From the NCBI GenBank assembly GCA_038890745.1, contig JAWAFD010000005.1:1-64000 (forward strand): a DNA stretch of 64,000 nt. The letters are read 5' to 3'. Made by a program: the position numbers and the translations under genes. Numbering within the stretch: position 1 is the first letter of the stretch; every line of letters starts with the position of its first letter. Origin of the DNA: Candidatus Anstonellales archaeon (lineage in GTDB: Archaea; Micrarchaeota; Micrarchaeia; Anstonellales; J096). The notes under the pieces were generated by a model. It was not told where the DNA came from. It saw only the letters and a program-made list of their open reading frames with translations, and made no database searches. Shown piece after piece: positions 28,234 to 38,549 of this stretch.

Positions 28234-29315
28234 ACCATCCTCAAGAATCTTGCGATCTCTATTTCCTCCCCAAGGAATTTTCCGAGAGCGATTATTCCAG
28301 CAGAGGTGCCTATGAAGTTCAATGAAAGCAGGAATGATGAGATTAAAAAGCTTATCGCACCGTATGTAAGCAACCTATCAAGAGAAACCGAGCAGACAGA
28401 GCCGTGCTGTGGTGGGCTGAGGTTTTTGCACAAATATATTTTTCCATCATGCTCCTTGAAAAAATAATCAAACTGCCCGAATAAGAATATGTTCCAGTCA
28501 AGCCCTCCCTTAAAGTATGGGTCTTTTTCATCTATGTTCAACCCTCCTGGGGATGTCAAGTAGTGGATCTCATTTTGATTATCATATCCCCATTTTTCAG
28601 GCCTGAAAACAAGCCCTTCTATAACAAGAAGGGTAGGGAAGAAAACAATGAAGCCGGCTCCTATCGCAAGCAGAACACCCCCAACCCTTCTTGCAAAAGG
28701 TATAGATCGAAGGACAAGCCCAAGAGGGATGATAAGGAGGAAGCCCCCATTCATAAAAGAGCGCAACAGATATTTCTGCGAAAGAATGGTGAGAAGAGAA
28801 ATTGTTGTTGTGTACGCCTGTGCGTTAAGAACGGCTGAAATCAAAGATGCCCACGCATCAGGGTTTAACCCAACCCCTTGGCCTGCGAGGAAGCACCAAA
28901 GGCTTTTACACTCGTATTTCCATACTGAAGAAATAAATCCTGCCATCATATTGTATATCCTTGTCATACGCATGGTGTTGTGCACATAGATACTCATGTT
29001 ATCAAGGTAAGCATCTGCAAAATCGTACATACACATATCTCCCTGCACTGAAAACCCTGTTAGTTCGGAAAGCACGGAAACATTGTAAATTGTTCCAAGA
29101 TTGAGGAAGCTGAGGATAAAAACTGAGATGAGAGTTGAGAAAAAAAGCTGTGGAATCTCATCATGCGCCCAAACATCCAGTTTTGGGTTGTTTGTTATTT
29201 TTCCAATCATGTAAATTATTGAGATGATTATTGCAGAGGAAGCGATGCCTATGGCCATGGCTGTGTACACAAAGCCCATGTTCAGCATCTCAGGAGTAAA
29301 TGTTGTACAGGTCAT
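28230..29315 (-). CDS. Multi-pass membrane protein, paralogue 5
   Basis: IIPLGLVLRSIPFARRVGGVLLAIGAGFIVFFP; start MTCTTF at 29315 gives an ATGA overlap with the upstream gene. Confidence 0.75.
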   Translation of the reverse strand: MTCTTFTPEMLNMGFVYTAMAIGIASSAIIISIIYMIGKITNNPKLDVWAHDEIPQLFFSTLISVFILSFLNLGTIYNVSVLSELTGFSVQGDMCMYDFADAYLDNMSIYVHNTMRMTRIYNMMAGFISSVWKYECKSLWCFLAGQGVGLNPDAWASLISAVLNAQAYTTTISLLTILSQKYLLRSFMNGGFLLIIPLGLVLRSIPFARRVGGVLLAIGAGFIVFFPTLLVIEGLVFRPEKWGYDNQNEIHYLTSPGGLNIDEKDPYFKGGLDWNIFLFGQFDYFFKEHDGKIYLCKNLSPPQHGSVCSVSLDRLLTYGAISFLISSFLLSLNFIGTSAGIIALGKFLGEEIEIARFLRMV

Positions 29316-30334
29316 GCTATCCTCTCCAACTGCGCCAGCACAAAGGCGTACACCTCTGCGCCAAAGGCTTTTGAAGACGCACCTATCAGGGAGATGAGGA
29401 CTAGAAGGGAAATCCCCTCTGAGAACATGGATTTTACGAGCGCAAGGAAAACAGGACCGGAATAATCTGCGTTTATCATTGTTTCTGTCGCCTCCATGGC
29501 GTCGTACACCGGGTCTGCAGAACCGCTGCGACCCATGTTCGTTGCCTTGCACTCAATTTTGGATGTGTCCACATTTATAGCCGGGTTGAGAGCGTTGATG
29601 TTTTGATACTCTGTGGAAACCCCATACATGAAAACAATCATAAGCGGGTAGACAAAATAAAGCCCGAACGCAAGGGAAAGCAAAAACCCTCCCAGCCCCC
29701 TGCTTATCCCAAAGCATCTCATAAATATCCCAATCGGAAAAACAATCAAGAGAACAAAATCAGGGGTAAGCTTAAGGAGGAATATCTGGGAGCTTGTTGT
29801 TGCAATGGAAGCGCCAACTGTAGCTGCGTACATGCTGAGTGGGCTGGAAAACGCACTGAAGCCCATGCATGGGTTGATGCTGAAACCCATGTACACTCCT
29901 TTGCAATAGAAATCCTTTGTGGATTCCTTACTAATGTCTTTTGAAACTGCTGCTATCTGGGTTAGGAGGAGTGTCTGCTCAGAGAGAAGCCTTTCGCTTA
30001 TGTCTATTGCGAAGTTTATGTGCTTGGGTGTTGGAACTGCATTAAGATTCTCATTCGGGAACCAATAGGAAGCAGCCCCTGCGGAAAACTGATCTATGAT
30101 CGCAACCGCGAAAAGGAAGAGGGAGAACATGGCAAGGGTTGCGATCCACTCGTACGCCTCATGCTTGGCTGCAAGCTTCAGTCCCTCGCTCTCAAAAGCT
30201 ATTCCGACCGCGTACACAACACTAATGAGTAGGGCTGCGATGAGCATCGCAAGAATGGAGGAAACCTCCCAGTTTTCTGGCTGGGCTGCAAAGGAAAGAG
30301 CAAACATCAACAGGAGGAATAATATTTTTCTCAT
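29312..30334 (-). CDS. Multi-pass membrane protein, paralogue 4
   Basis: Signal peptide; VFPIGIFMRCFGISRGLGGFLLSLAFGLYFVYP. Confidence 0.75.
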   Translation of the reverse strand: MRKILFLLLMFALSFAAQPENWEVSSILAMLIAALLISVVYAVGIAFESEGLKLAAKHEAYEWIATLAMFSLFLFAVAIIDQFSAGAASYWFPNENLNAVPTPKHINFAIDISERLLSEQTLLLTQIAAVSKDISKESTKDFYCKGVYMGFSINPCMGFSAFSSPLSMYAATVGASIATTSSQIFLLKLTPDFVLLIVFPIGIFMRCFGISRGLGGFLLSLAFGLYFVYPLMIVFMYGVSTEYQNINALNPAINVDTSKIECKATNMGRSGSADPVYDAMEATETMINADYSGPVFLALVKSMFSEGISLLVLISLIGASSKAFGAEVYAFVLAQLERIA

Positions 30335-32055
30335 AAAAGCTCACCCAAACCAGGAACGAAAAGCTCCCCTCCTAAAAATGAGGCAAGCCCTGAGATGAAA
30401 ACTATTGTTGCAGCTATGTTGAAAAGCGGAAGGAGGTAAGCGCTTATCATTATTTTCGCAACGTTTTCAACAAAACGAATGCCCGTGAGTGCTCCCCGGG
30501 AGGAATGGGTCTGGGTCGGAATTTTTGTGGCGCAATGCTCCTCGCATTTTGCAAAAACAGGTGGATTGTAGGAAAAGCCTGGATCATCAAAATCAAGAAT
30601 GGCTTTGCAGTCAGCCTTTCCCATATCCTCATGTATTATGTAAACGCTCGTTTGCTTAGCTGCATTAATCATTCCCTCCCTGTTCTCAGCATAAAAACTC
30701 GTGTTTGCATTCTTCCATATCCGCCCTGGATTTTGCGGATAGTAGCTTTCGCATCCTGACTTGAATGTACTATAGTTTATATGATCATAGCAGTAGGAGG
30801 TTCCATTTGTATAAACCGCCATGCAGAAAGATGGGCAGTACTCGGATGAGGAGGGAATGGAAAAGGGTGCAACAACCCTACACCTTGAATCAACGTTTTT
30901 CAATTTTTCATAATCAGGTTCAAGAACAACCCTGGTCAAAAAGCATTTTTCTCTTGTTTTAAAAATTTCCGAGCAATTTTCTTTCACATCCGCGCAAAAA
31001 GGATTTTCAAATGGATAGGGAAGAACACGGCAGAATGAAGGGCAGGTTGGTGGATAGTCGCAGGAGCATACACCGCCAAAACATTCTTTACTTCCATTAT
31101 ATATTCCTTCTAACTCCTCATTCGTCCATTCATTCTCCCGCGCAATTTGTATGAGCTGCAAATATGAGATTGAGTGTGTTGAGTTGTAGGCTACGGGTGA
31201 AAACATTTTGCATTCAAGAGGGCACTGCTCACCAAAGTCATACCCTATATCAGTAGAGAACCTGTTTTCTGTTATTGCGAAAGTTAGCAGAAACATCCCG
31301 GGAAAAACAACCATCGCCCCAAACCCAACAGCAATCAACGTTCCTCCCCATCTTCTAGTGAGGAAGAAAGAGCGAAGGATAACTCCAGTAAGTATGAAAA
31401 AAGGCCCAAGGACAAATGCCATGTTATCCAAGAAGAATTTCTCGGCTAGTAAAAGGGAGTAGGCAGAGCTTAAAAAATCCATCAAAACCTGATCCCTTAT
31501 AAGATAAATGGAAAAACCACTAGATATACTTAAGCTACCATAGAGGTAAAACCACCATCCAGGCTCGTCTATCGTAGAACTGGTATCCCCACCAAACCCT
31601 AATGATGAGGAAGAAATTTTGCCCCAAGTTATCGCATCAAAGTATATCTCTTCAGCAATTCTTCTTACCTCCTTTATATACCATCCCAAATATTCAGAGG
31701 CGCTTCCTGCTACGCAGTTTCCCTGCGCGCATGGAATTACCTGGGATGCAAGCGCATCCAAAAAACCGATGAAAGCAATTATAAAAATTACTATAAGCGC
31801 ATTTATGAATATTTCTCCAAGCTCTATCTTTCCCCATGCCTCAAGCTGGGAAAGCCCAAAGGATTTTCCACCAACTATGGCGAATATCGCAACCATGAGT
31901 GAGATAAGGATGAGAAGAAGAGAAACGAGTTGCCAGTTTGAGAGGACTGCTGAAACAAAGGTTGTTTGCGGAAGATTTTCGAGTGCCTGAGTGTATGTGG
32001 GCAGCTGGGCAAAAAGCAAAAGAACCAGCAGCAAAAGAATAAATATCTTTTTCAT
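30331..32055 (-). CDS. Multi-pass membrane protein, paralogue 3, with large Cys-rich loop
   Basis: FILTGVILRSFFLTRRWGGTLIAVGFGAMVVFP followed by a Cys-rich insertion (CPLEC, CPSFC twice). Confidence 0.75.
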   Translation of the reverse strand: MKKIFILLLLVLLLFAQLPTYTQALENLPQTTFVSAVLSNWQLVSLLLILISLMVAIFAIVGGKSFGLSQLEAWGKIELGEIFINALIVIFIIAFIGFLDALASQVIPCAQGNCVAGSASEYLGWYIKEVRRIAEEIYFDAITWGKISSSSLGFGGDTSSTIDEPGWWFYLYGSLSISSGFSIYLIRDQVLMDFLSSAYSLLLAEKFFLDNMAFVLGPFFILTGVILRSFFLTRRWGGTLIAVGFGAMVVFPGMFLLTFAITENRFSTDIGYDFGEQCPLECKMFSPVAYNSTHSISYLQLIQIARENEWTNEELEGIYNGSKECFGGVCSCDYPPTCPSFCRVLPYPFENPFCADVKENCSEIFKTREKCFLTRVVLEPDYEKLKNVDSRCRVVAPFSIPSSSEYCPSFCMAVYTNGTSYCYDHINYSTFKSGCESYYPQNPGRIWKNANTSFYAENREGMINAAKQTSVYIIHEDMGKADCKAILDFDDPGFSYNPPVFAKCEEHCATKIPTQTHSSRGALTGIRFVENVAKIMISAYLLPLFNIAATIVFISGLASFLGGELFVPGLGELL

Positions 32056-32966
32056 TGCACACCACCAAACGAGAGTGCTCTCCTTATCGCATCTATGGAG
32101 CTTATGGTGATTGCGAGAGCTATATTAGGGAAAAGTATTGTGTAAGGAAAGAACTTTGCAAACGCAATAAACCCATTCGCTTCGCAGCCACCAAAAAATG
32201 GGTCGCTTGCAACAGCGGAATTGCACGGAATGGAGATGCTATCATAGCTTACTGCAAAAACAGAGTAGGAGAATGGAAGGAGGATGTAGAAAGAAAAAAT
32301 AATCCCGAGAAGGATGTTCCCAGCCTCCCTTGCCTGCGGAACGAGCCGCGCCATGACTGCGAATGGTACGCTCCACGGAACGATCACATCCAAAGCAAGC
32401 TCAAACATTATTCCCTGCATCTTTGCTGAAAGAAGGAGCATGGAAAGAAGGTTTATGAGAATCTCAATCTGTGAGGCAACAATCTCCCTCCAATAATTCG
32501 TGTAAAGTACAACCCCACTTCCAGAAAAGTCGTACCTTCCAGCGTATACAGAAGAGAGGATGCGGTAGTCGAAATAATCGCTGTACAACGTTCCTATCGT
32601 ATTCTGGAGCTCGTTCTGCATTTTTGAAAAAAAGTTTTTTGAGTACTCAATTGGGTTATGAATTCCAGCGTACGCTGAGAGGTAGGAAGAAAAAATGGTG
32701 CAGCTTCCTATGAATATTCCCTGGATAAGCAAAAGCATTAAAACGGTTATAATTAGGTGGGAAAGTTCCTCTTTAGCAAGGACAATGAAGTTTGGAAAAT
32801 GAAACGCAGAGCCGATTATGTAAACTATTGCGATAAGAAGGGCTGCAATCCCAACAAGTACCATAAGCACATCCCACCAGAAGTTATCCATTCCTGTTGT
32901 CGGGTCGCATACATTCTGAGCAAAAAGCAGGGAAAATACCATGAGTAAAAAAAATGCTTTCTTCAC
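32052..32966 (-). CDS. Multi-pass membrane protein, paralogue 2
   Basis: Probable GTG start at 32966 (VKKAFFLL signal); SVPFAVMARLVPQAREAGNILLGIIFSFYILLP. Confidence 0.72.
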   Translation of the reverse strand: MKKAFFLLMVFSLLFAQNVCDPTTGMDNFWWDVLMVLVGIAALLIAIVYIIGSAFHFPNFIVLAKEELSHLIITVLMLLLIQGIFIGSCTIFSSYLSAYAGIHNPIEYSKNFFSKMQNELQNTIGTLYSDYFDYRILSSVYAGRYDFSGSGVVLYTNYWREIVASQIEILINLLSMLLLSAKMQGIMFELALDVIVPWSVPFAVMARLVPQAREAGNILLGIIFSFYILLPFSYSVFAVSYDSISIPCNSAVASDPFFGGCEANGFIAFAKFFPYTILFPNIALAITISSIDAIRRALSFGGVQ

Positions 32967-32970
32967 CCCA

Positions 32971-34095
32971 TCACCCTGTAAACCTTGAAAATCCATACAT
33001 GAAAAATTCCCCTCCCAGTGCAATCGAGATGGAGCGGTAGGCACTAACCACTATAAGAGTGACTGAAACGAAGAATATTGTAAGCGTTGTGCTCAGCTCG
33101 ATCACTGCTGGAATGAAAACGTCCATAACAGGAACGAAAACCTCCGGAACCGTACTCATGAATTGAAACTTTATTACTGCCGTAAATTGCAATACGGCCA
33201 TAAGAACAAATGCAGCACTGTACAGGAAGTCAACTATATGTTCGCATACGTTATAGGGAAGAAGCCAGAAAAGCGGGATGCATATCGCAACATCGTAAAC
33301 AAAATCCGTCGGTTGGACAAATGACTGAAATAATGGCGAGCATACAACTGGTGCAAACTTACTAATCCTCATAGGGTCTGGAATACTGCGATCCATTGAC
33401 ATTTCCTCAATATTATTCACAATCTCATTGTAATGAGGCATGGAAACTGCGACATCAAGAAAATCCCCGACAACAACAACCGCAGCAGGAAGAACTATGG
33501 CTGCTGAAAGGGCTAATGCGATCAGGGTCGCACCTATTTTTCTTGTTCCCGGCATAAGCCTGAACGCAAATGCAATGGGCATGAGCCAGTCCTTTGCTAT
33601 CCACGCTGCAAATGGGATTAAGATTTTCAGCGAGACAATCGCAAAATAGAATGTGGAAAGAACATTTCCTATTCCATGGAGAGAAGAGGAAACAGGACCA
33701 AGCCCACGAAATGGCGCCTGACCCATATTAAGCTGAAAAATTGAGATGGGAATGGCTATATTGTAGCTTAGGCCGGCATACTGCCCTACTCGTGTGAGAA
33801 CAGCGGAATACTGAACAAATAAAAATTTTGTTTTGTTTTCAAATTTTTCCAGCAAAGAGCCAGAAAAGTCCCCCACATTTTCATAGCCTGTGTAGGTTTT
33901 TATGAGTGAGTCTATTGAGTTTAGCATCCCAAAAATTATTATGAGGAGCAGGATTCCTGTTATGGTTGCCCTCACCTCCTCTTTCACTTTCGCATCGAAC
34001 TGAGGGTTGTTCAGAATTCCGGCGAGCATGAACCCAAGTGCTATCACAAGAATCGAAATGCCTATGATCGCAGGTAGGCAAAAGAATGGGTCCAT
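32971..34095 (-). CDS. Multi-pass membrane protein, paralogue 1
   Basis: Start MDPFF at 34095; LMPIAFAFRLMPGTRKIGATLIALALSAAIVLP. Confidence 0.72.
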   Translation of the reverse strand: MDPFFCLPAIIGISILVIALGFMLAGILNNPQFDAKVKEEVRATITGILLLIIIFGMLNSIDSLIKTYTGYENVGDFSGSLLEKFENKTKFLFVQYSAVLTRVGQYAGLSYNIAIPISIFQLNMGQAPFRGLGPVSSSLHGIGNVLSTFYFAIVSLKILIPFAAWIAKDWLMPIAFAFRLMPGTRKIGATLIALALSAAIVLPAAVVVVGDFLDVAVSMPHYNEIVNNIEEMSMDRSIPDPMRISKFAPVVCSPLFQSFVQPTDFVYDVAICIPLFWLLPYNVCEHIVDFLYSAAFVLMAVLQFTAVIKFQFMSTVPEVFVPVMDVFIPAVIELSTTLTIFFVSVTLIVVSAYRSISIALGGEFFMYGFSRFTG

Positions 34096-34156
34096 CGCTA
34101 GGAGTTGAAAGTAAGCGCTTAAAAATGTTTTGTATTCAAAGAAACAAGGGGAGAGT

Positions 34157-35002
34157 ATGAGAAAAATTATTGTATTGCTTATTGTGTTGGGAATGTTCGG
34201 AAGCGTGTTTGCAGCCACAGAGCAAAAGCTCGAGATAATAGTAAAGGAGGTTAAGCCAGTTGTTTCCATGCAACCAATGAATTGCGACCCTGCAAACAAC
34301 GGACCATTCAAGTTTATGATAACCCTTGGGTTTAACAACGATTATCAAGTAGATGTTCCGGTATACTACTCGCTCTATGACATGAGAACAGGGGTATGGG
34401 TTGATAAGGACCTTCTTCTCGTTGTGGATGAGGGGAATATTGAGGATAAACAGGTTCAGTTTGATTTCTACTATGGAGGAAAAGGGAATGGAACGGTTGA
34501 GGTTCCGGCAATAGAGTTAAGGTATGCAGACCCTCTGCATGAAGGACTTACTATTAGAAAAAATATTACACTAACCGTTGACCACTGGGAAACAACAAAT
34601 GAAATAATGGTTAAAAGGAACCTCGCGGAGATCGAGGGTTTGGTTTCTCAGATTGAAGAAAAGGGATGCGATGCTAGTGAGATCAAAAACAAAATAACTG
34701 AGATAAAAAACCTTTTGACAATATGCGAATGCCCAAATGCAAACAAACTCGCAACGCAAGTGAAATCACGGGCAAGTACTTTGCTTGCAGAATGCGTTCC
34801 TCCTGCTCCTGAGGAGGAGGAAGAGGAAATAAACATAACCCCTCCGGAAGAGGAGAAACCACATGAGGAGGAAAAACCACCAGTAATAGAGCAACCTAAG
34901 GAAGAAGAGGAAGAAGAACCGGTGAAAGAACAGCCCGGCATGTGCCCATCGGCATTCGTTTTGGCAGCACTTGGGGTGGCGTTAGCTAAATGGGAGTATT
35001 AG
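34157..35002 (+). CDS. Secreted protein with Pro/Glu-rich stalk and C-terminal membrane anchor
   Basis: Signal peptide MRKIIVLL...VFA; PEEEE-rich linker; terminal CPSAFVLAALGVAL. Confidence 0.75.
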   Translation: MRKIIVLLIVLGMFGSVFAATEQKLEIIVKEVKPVVSMQPMNCDPANNGPFKFMITLGFNNDYQVDVPVYYSLYDMRTGVWVDKDLLLVVDEGNIEDKQVQFDFYYGGKGNGTVEVPAIELRYADPLHEGLTIRKNITLTVDHWETTNEIMVKRNLAEIEGLVSQIEEKGCDASEIKNKITEIKNLLTICECPNANKLATQVKSRASTLLAECVPPAPEEEEEEINITPPEEEKPHEEEKPPVIEQPKEEEEEEPVKEQPGMCPSAFVLAALGVALAKWEY

Positions 35003-35322
35003 ATTTGTTGTTAGGATGGCTAAAAGGAAAGCCTAAGTATGCAGAAAAAAAGTACAAGTGCCCAAACTGCGGGGAAGAAATAACATTAGATATGGAAAGA
35101 TGCCCGAAGTGCGGGACAAGAATAAAGAGCATGTTCAGAAAAAAATGCCCGAAGTGTGGAACCGCAAACCAGATTGATGCGAAAAAATGCGAGAAATGCG
35201 GGTTTGATTTTGAGGAGCTCGAAGTAAAGGAGAGGAAAACAATATACAGATGTCCGAGATGCGGGTACAAAATGGATTATTATGCAACAAGATGTCCTTC
35301 CTGCGGGATAAAATTTATGTGA
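34990..35322 (+). CDS. Zinc-ribbon repeat protein (six CxxC motifs)
   Basis: CPNCG, CPKCG twice, CEKCG, CPRCG, CPSCG. Confidence 0.85.
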   Translation: MGVLDLLLGWLKGKPKYAEKKYKCPNCGEEITLDMERCPKCGTRIKSMFRKKCPKCGTANQIDAKKCEKCGFDFEELEVKERKTIYRCPRCGYKMDYYATRCPSCGIKFM

Positions 35323-35331
35323 GGGAGGAAA

Positions 35332-35916
35332 ATGGCGAACCCATTTACTAAAAAAGAAGAGGAGGTAAAAGCTCCTCCTGCTGCAAAGAAAAAAAGGACA
35401 TATGAACTCGCTGTGGATGAGGAGGAGGCAGAAATAAAGAAGCTGGACATAGATGATTTTGAGGATGTAATTTCCATAATGAGAAGGGCCATGTTTGAGA
35501 TAGGGAAGGCAGAGGCAAAGCAGATTGAAGAGATCCTGAAGCTTGGTGCGAGCTATGGTGCGTATGTGGACAGGATGCTTGTTGCTGTTGGTTTGGCATG
35601 GCCCATATCTTTTGACAGAGCAACAAAAGTAATAGGAAAAGGACCGGCTAATGCCCTGTATTTAGAGGATGTTGCGCTTTTGCTTGCTTATGAAGGGAAA
35701 GGAATAAGACAGAAACTTGTTAAAGCAAGGGAGGATGAAGCAAGGGCACTTGGGCTGAAATATGTAGTTGCGATAGCGAGCGAGGAGGTACCCAAGGAGG
35801 AGAATGTAATAGAGGTAATAAAAGAAAGGGGAACAAAAATAGAAAAGGTTTATTTGGAGAGAGGGTATAGTTTTTTCAAATCAAAAATAGGGTTGATTGC
35901 ATTTAAGGAAGTTTAG
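35332..35916 (+). CDS. GNAT-like acetyltransferase
   Basis: LYLEDVALL.AYEGKGIRQKLV motif-A-like segment; YLERGY. Confidence 0.6.
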   Translation: MANPFTKKEEEVKAPPAAKKKRTYELAVDEEEAEIKKLDIDDFEDVISIMRRAMFEIGKAEAKQIEEILKLGASYGAYVDRMLVAVGLAWPISFDRATKVIGKGPANALYLEDVALLLAYEGKGIRQKLVKAREDEARALGLKYVVAIASEEVPKEENVIEVIKERGTKIEKVYLERGYSFFKSKIGLIAFKEV

Positions 35917-36128
35917 CGCTACCGTCTATAAATTTTCTTTCTATGAGCTATTTTAAACACAAATATCGTTCTCTTGACTTCATCGATGCCGAGTATTATT
36001 CTGCAATCTCCGGCTCTGAGTCGGAACGCATCCAACCCAGCAATATATCTTAGTATACAAAACACTAAAAAATGTTGCGGAACTTCGGCCAACAAAAGTT
36101 TTTATATCGAATGCAACAAAATCTATCC

Positions 36129-37070
36129 ATGGATTTTGAGTTTGCGGTTAAGTTTCCTTTCAGCAATGATGCAAAGAGGATAATAGAGGAGAAAAAACCG
36201 GAGATAAGAGATGAGATAATAGAAAGGGCATTGGAAAGGTTGAGGCATGCATTCAGAACCGGCAGGGTAATGATGGGAACCCCAATAAGTTTACAGGAAA
36301 AATTTGAAGAGATTCTCATATACGCGGTTTCCAGGATAATTCTTGCAAGCGTAAACAATCCTTTTTTAACTAATAAATATGCTGTTGCATGGGCAAAGAG
36401 CGCTTATGAAAAAATGAGTTTCGAAGAAGCGGAGAGAATAGGGAAGGAGTTGGGAATAGAAAAGGTTGAGAGGGATGGGGAGATTTTTCTACCCATAGGG
36501 ACGTATTTGGAGTTTGCACCCGAGGATGTGGCGTACTCCCTTGTAAATAGAGAAATTGATAGCGGGTATGTTAAGATAAAGGAAAGGGAATTCCTTAGGA
36601 TCGTACAGGAGGGAGTTAAAAAACATCTTGAAAAACTTCCGCGTGGCAGGGTGAGGGATGAGAGAATAAAAAAAGCAGGGGAGCAGCTCTTAGAATTCCT
36701 CCCAAAAGTTGATGCAAAAACAACCGGCGCTATAAAAGGCGAGCACCCACCTTGCATAAAATCTCTTTTGGAGCAGGTGTATAAGCACGAAAACTTAGGC
36801 CATCACGCAAGATGGAGCTTGGCTGTTTATTTTGTGAACAAGCGGGTTAATACAGATGCAATAGTTTCCCTCCTCTCAAACCTTCCGGATTATAGCGAGA
36901 AAAAAACTAGGTATTATGTTGAGCATGCGAAAAAGAAGGGGTATGTTATGCCATCCTGCGAAACGATGAGGGCATACGGGCTATGCGTTGCAGAATGCGG
37001 AATAAAAAATCCATTGAATTGGGGTAAGAAATATGCTGGAGGAAAGGGAAAAGAACTGGATAAAGAGTAG
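36129..37070 (+). CDS. priL: DNA primase large subunit
   Basis: KFPF N-terminus, PPCI, HHARW, PDY...TRYYVEH, Y..PSCETM...C...C...NPL Fe-S domain. Confidence 0.9.
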   Translation: MDFEFAVKFPFSNDAKRIIEEKKPEIRDEIIERALERLRHAFRTGRVMMGTPISLQEKFEEILIYAVSRIILASVNNPFLTNKYAVAWAKSAYEKMSFEEAERIGKELGIEKVERDGEIFLPIGTYLEFAPEDVAYSLVNREIDSGYVKIKEREFLRIVQEGVKKHLEKLPRGRVRDERIKKAGEQLLEFLPKVDAKTTGAIKGEHPPCIKSLLEQVYKHENLGHHARWSLAVYFVNKRVNTDAIVSLLSNLPDYSEKKTRYYVEHAKKKGYVMPSCETMRAYGLCVAECGIKNPLNWGKKYAGGKGKELDKE

Positions 37071-38100
37071 GTTCAGAAGGTATTACGTTAAGCATGAGCT
37101 TAAGCCGGATGCGGTTGAGCAGAGAGAGTTTGGGTATGGGAATTGGGAGAAGAAGATAGAGGCAAGGCATCTTTCTTTTGAAAATTCCGAAAAACTTAAT
37201 GAATTTCTACGCGAGCATGCCCCCCTTTATGTTTCCCGATCGACCGCATACTACGAGCGGCCAGCAGCCCAGCCGATGAACAATAAAGGATGGAGAGGAA
37301 GCGACCTTGTTTTTGATTTGGATGCTGAGATGGAAATTTTTGACAGGGGAATTTTTGAGAAAGTGCGCTCTGATGCGATAAGATTAATAGAGGAGTTCTT
37401 GATCCCTGAATTTGGGGTGGATAAGAATAAGATTGCTTTAGTTTTCTCCGGGAATAGAGGGTTTCATGTCCATGTTTTTGATGAGAGGTTTAGGATGCTT
37501 GGGAGAGAAGCAAGAAGAGAGATAGCCTCCTACCTGGCTGGCATTGGCCTGGATTATAAAAAATTTTTTGATGTGGATAAGAAAAGCAAAAAAATACTAG
37601 GACCAACACCAAAGGAAGCAGGGTATAGAGGAAGGTTTGCGAGAATGGTTATAAAAACGCTTGAAACAGAGCCGGAAAAAATAAGCAGAATTTTTAACGA
37701 GGAGAATGAAAAGAAGAGGTTTGTCAAAGGTATTGAAGAAGGCGTGTGGAGCAGAACAAGGCTACCAAAAGTTATCGCGAGGTTGGATGGAGTTGCGAAG
37801 GAGCTTCCTGTAAAAAGCATAAATGTTGATGTTGGGGTTACTCAGGATACATCAAAATTGATAAGGCTGCCCGGCTCCCTCCATGGTTCAAGTGGACTAA
37901 TAGTTCTACCAACAAATACATACGATATAGAAATAGAGGATGCGATTGCATTCAGAAAGGAAAGAGTAAAGATAAAGCTGAAGGAAAGCGTGAGTGTGGA
38001 AATAGGCGAGGGAATAAAGGCTGAAAAGGGTATGATTGTTGATGTGCCCGAATACCTCGCCCTCTATCTTTTATTAAAAAACAAAGCAAACTTACTCTGA
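37033..38100 (+). CDS. priS: DNA primase small (catalytic) subunit
   Basis: REFG, DLVFDLD, FSGNRGFHVH, D..VT.D..KLIRLPGSLH. Confidence 0.95.
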   Translation: MLEEREKNWIKSRFRRYYVKHELKPDAVEQREFGYGNWEKKIEARHLSFENSEKLNEFLREHAPLYVSRSTAYYERPAAQPMNNKGWRGSDLVFDLDAEMEIFDRGIFEKVRSDAIRLIEEFLIPEFGVDKNKIALVFSGNRGFHVHVFDERFRMLGREARREIASYLAGIGLDYKKFFDVDKKSKKILGPTPKEAGYRGRFARMVIKTLETEPEKISRIFNEENEKKRFVKGIEEGVWSRTRLPKVIARLDGVAKELPVKSINVDVGVTQDTSKLIRLPGSLHGSSGLIVLPTNTYDIEIEDAIAFRKERVKIKLKESVSVEIGEGIKAEKGMIVDVPEYLALYLLLKNKANLL

Positions 38101-38484
38101 TTTTTTCTGCATCCTCAACCTTGGTGGAATAAGGGGTGGCGCGGTGTTCAGGACCTTCGCAATTATCGTTCCATTCGCCGCCCCCATAAAATTAATATTA
38201 TTCAAAGCTACTTCCATGTATTCATCCGGAAGCTTCTTGTCCTTTTTCCATGCATCAAGAATTGCTTTTTTTGTTTTTTCATTCTCCTTTGCGAATATCG
38301 TTCCACCTATCTTTATCTCCCCGGCATCCTCTCTGTAAGCCGCGATGTACTCGTAATCTATCTCAATCATATCCTCGTTCTTGCTTTCCCGCACATCCTT
38401 GAAACCTATCCTTATGTCCAGTCCTTTTATCTCTTTTTCTCCTCTCTTAGCCTCTATGGAGCTTACCCTGTTTCCAACTATCAT
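38092..38484 (-). CDS. Hypothetical protein
   Basis: 130-aa ORF with Shine-Dalgarno AGGTGA upstream; no function recognised. Confidence 0.7.
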   Translation of the reverse strand: MIVGNRVSSIEAKRGEKEIKGLDIRIGFKDVRESKNEDMIEIDYEYIAAYREDAGEIKIGGTIFAKENEKTKKAILDAWKKDKKLPDEYMEVALNNINFMGAANGTIIAKVLNTAPPLIPPRLRMQKKSE

Positions 38485-38549
38485 ACGCTCACCTCTTTTG
38501 TTTATGTAAGCATTATTATTAAAAACCTTCTCAAATGCAAATTTAAAAC

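Noticed and set aside
34096..34338. ORF-track extension of paralogue 1 (and similarly of paralogue 5 at 29316-29552)
   Set aside because: They overlap neighbouring real genes; downstream ATGs at 34095 and 29315 fit paralogue lengths and operon overlaps.
35917..36128. About 210-bp gap before priL as a possible ncRNA
   Set aside because: No convincing stems or recognisable RNA family motif by eye.
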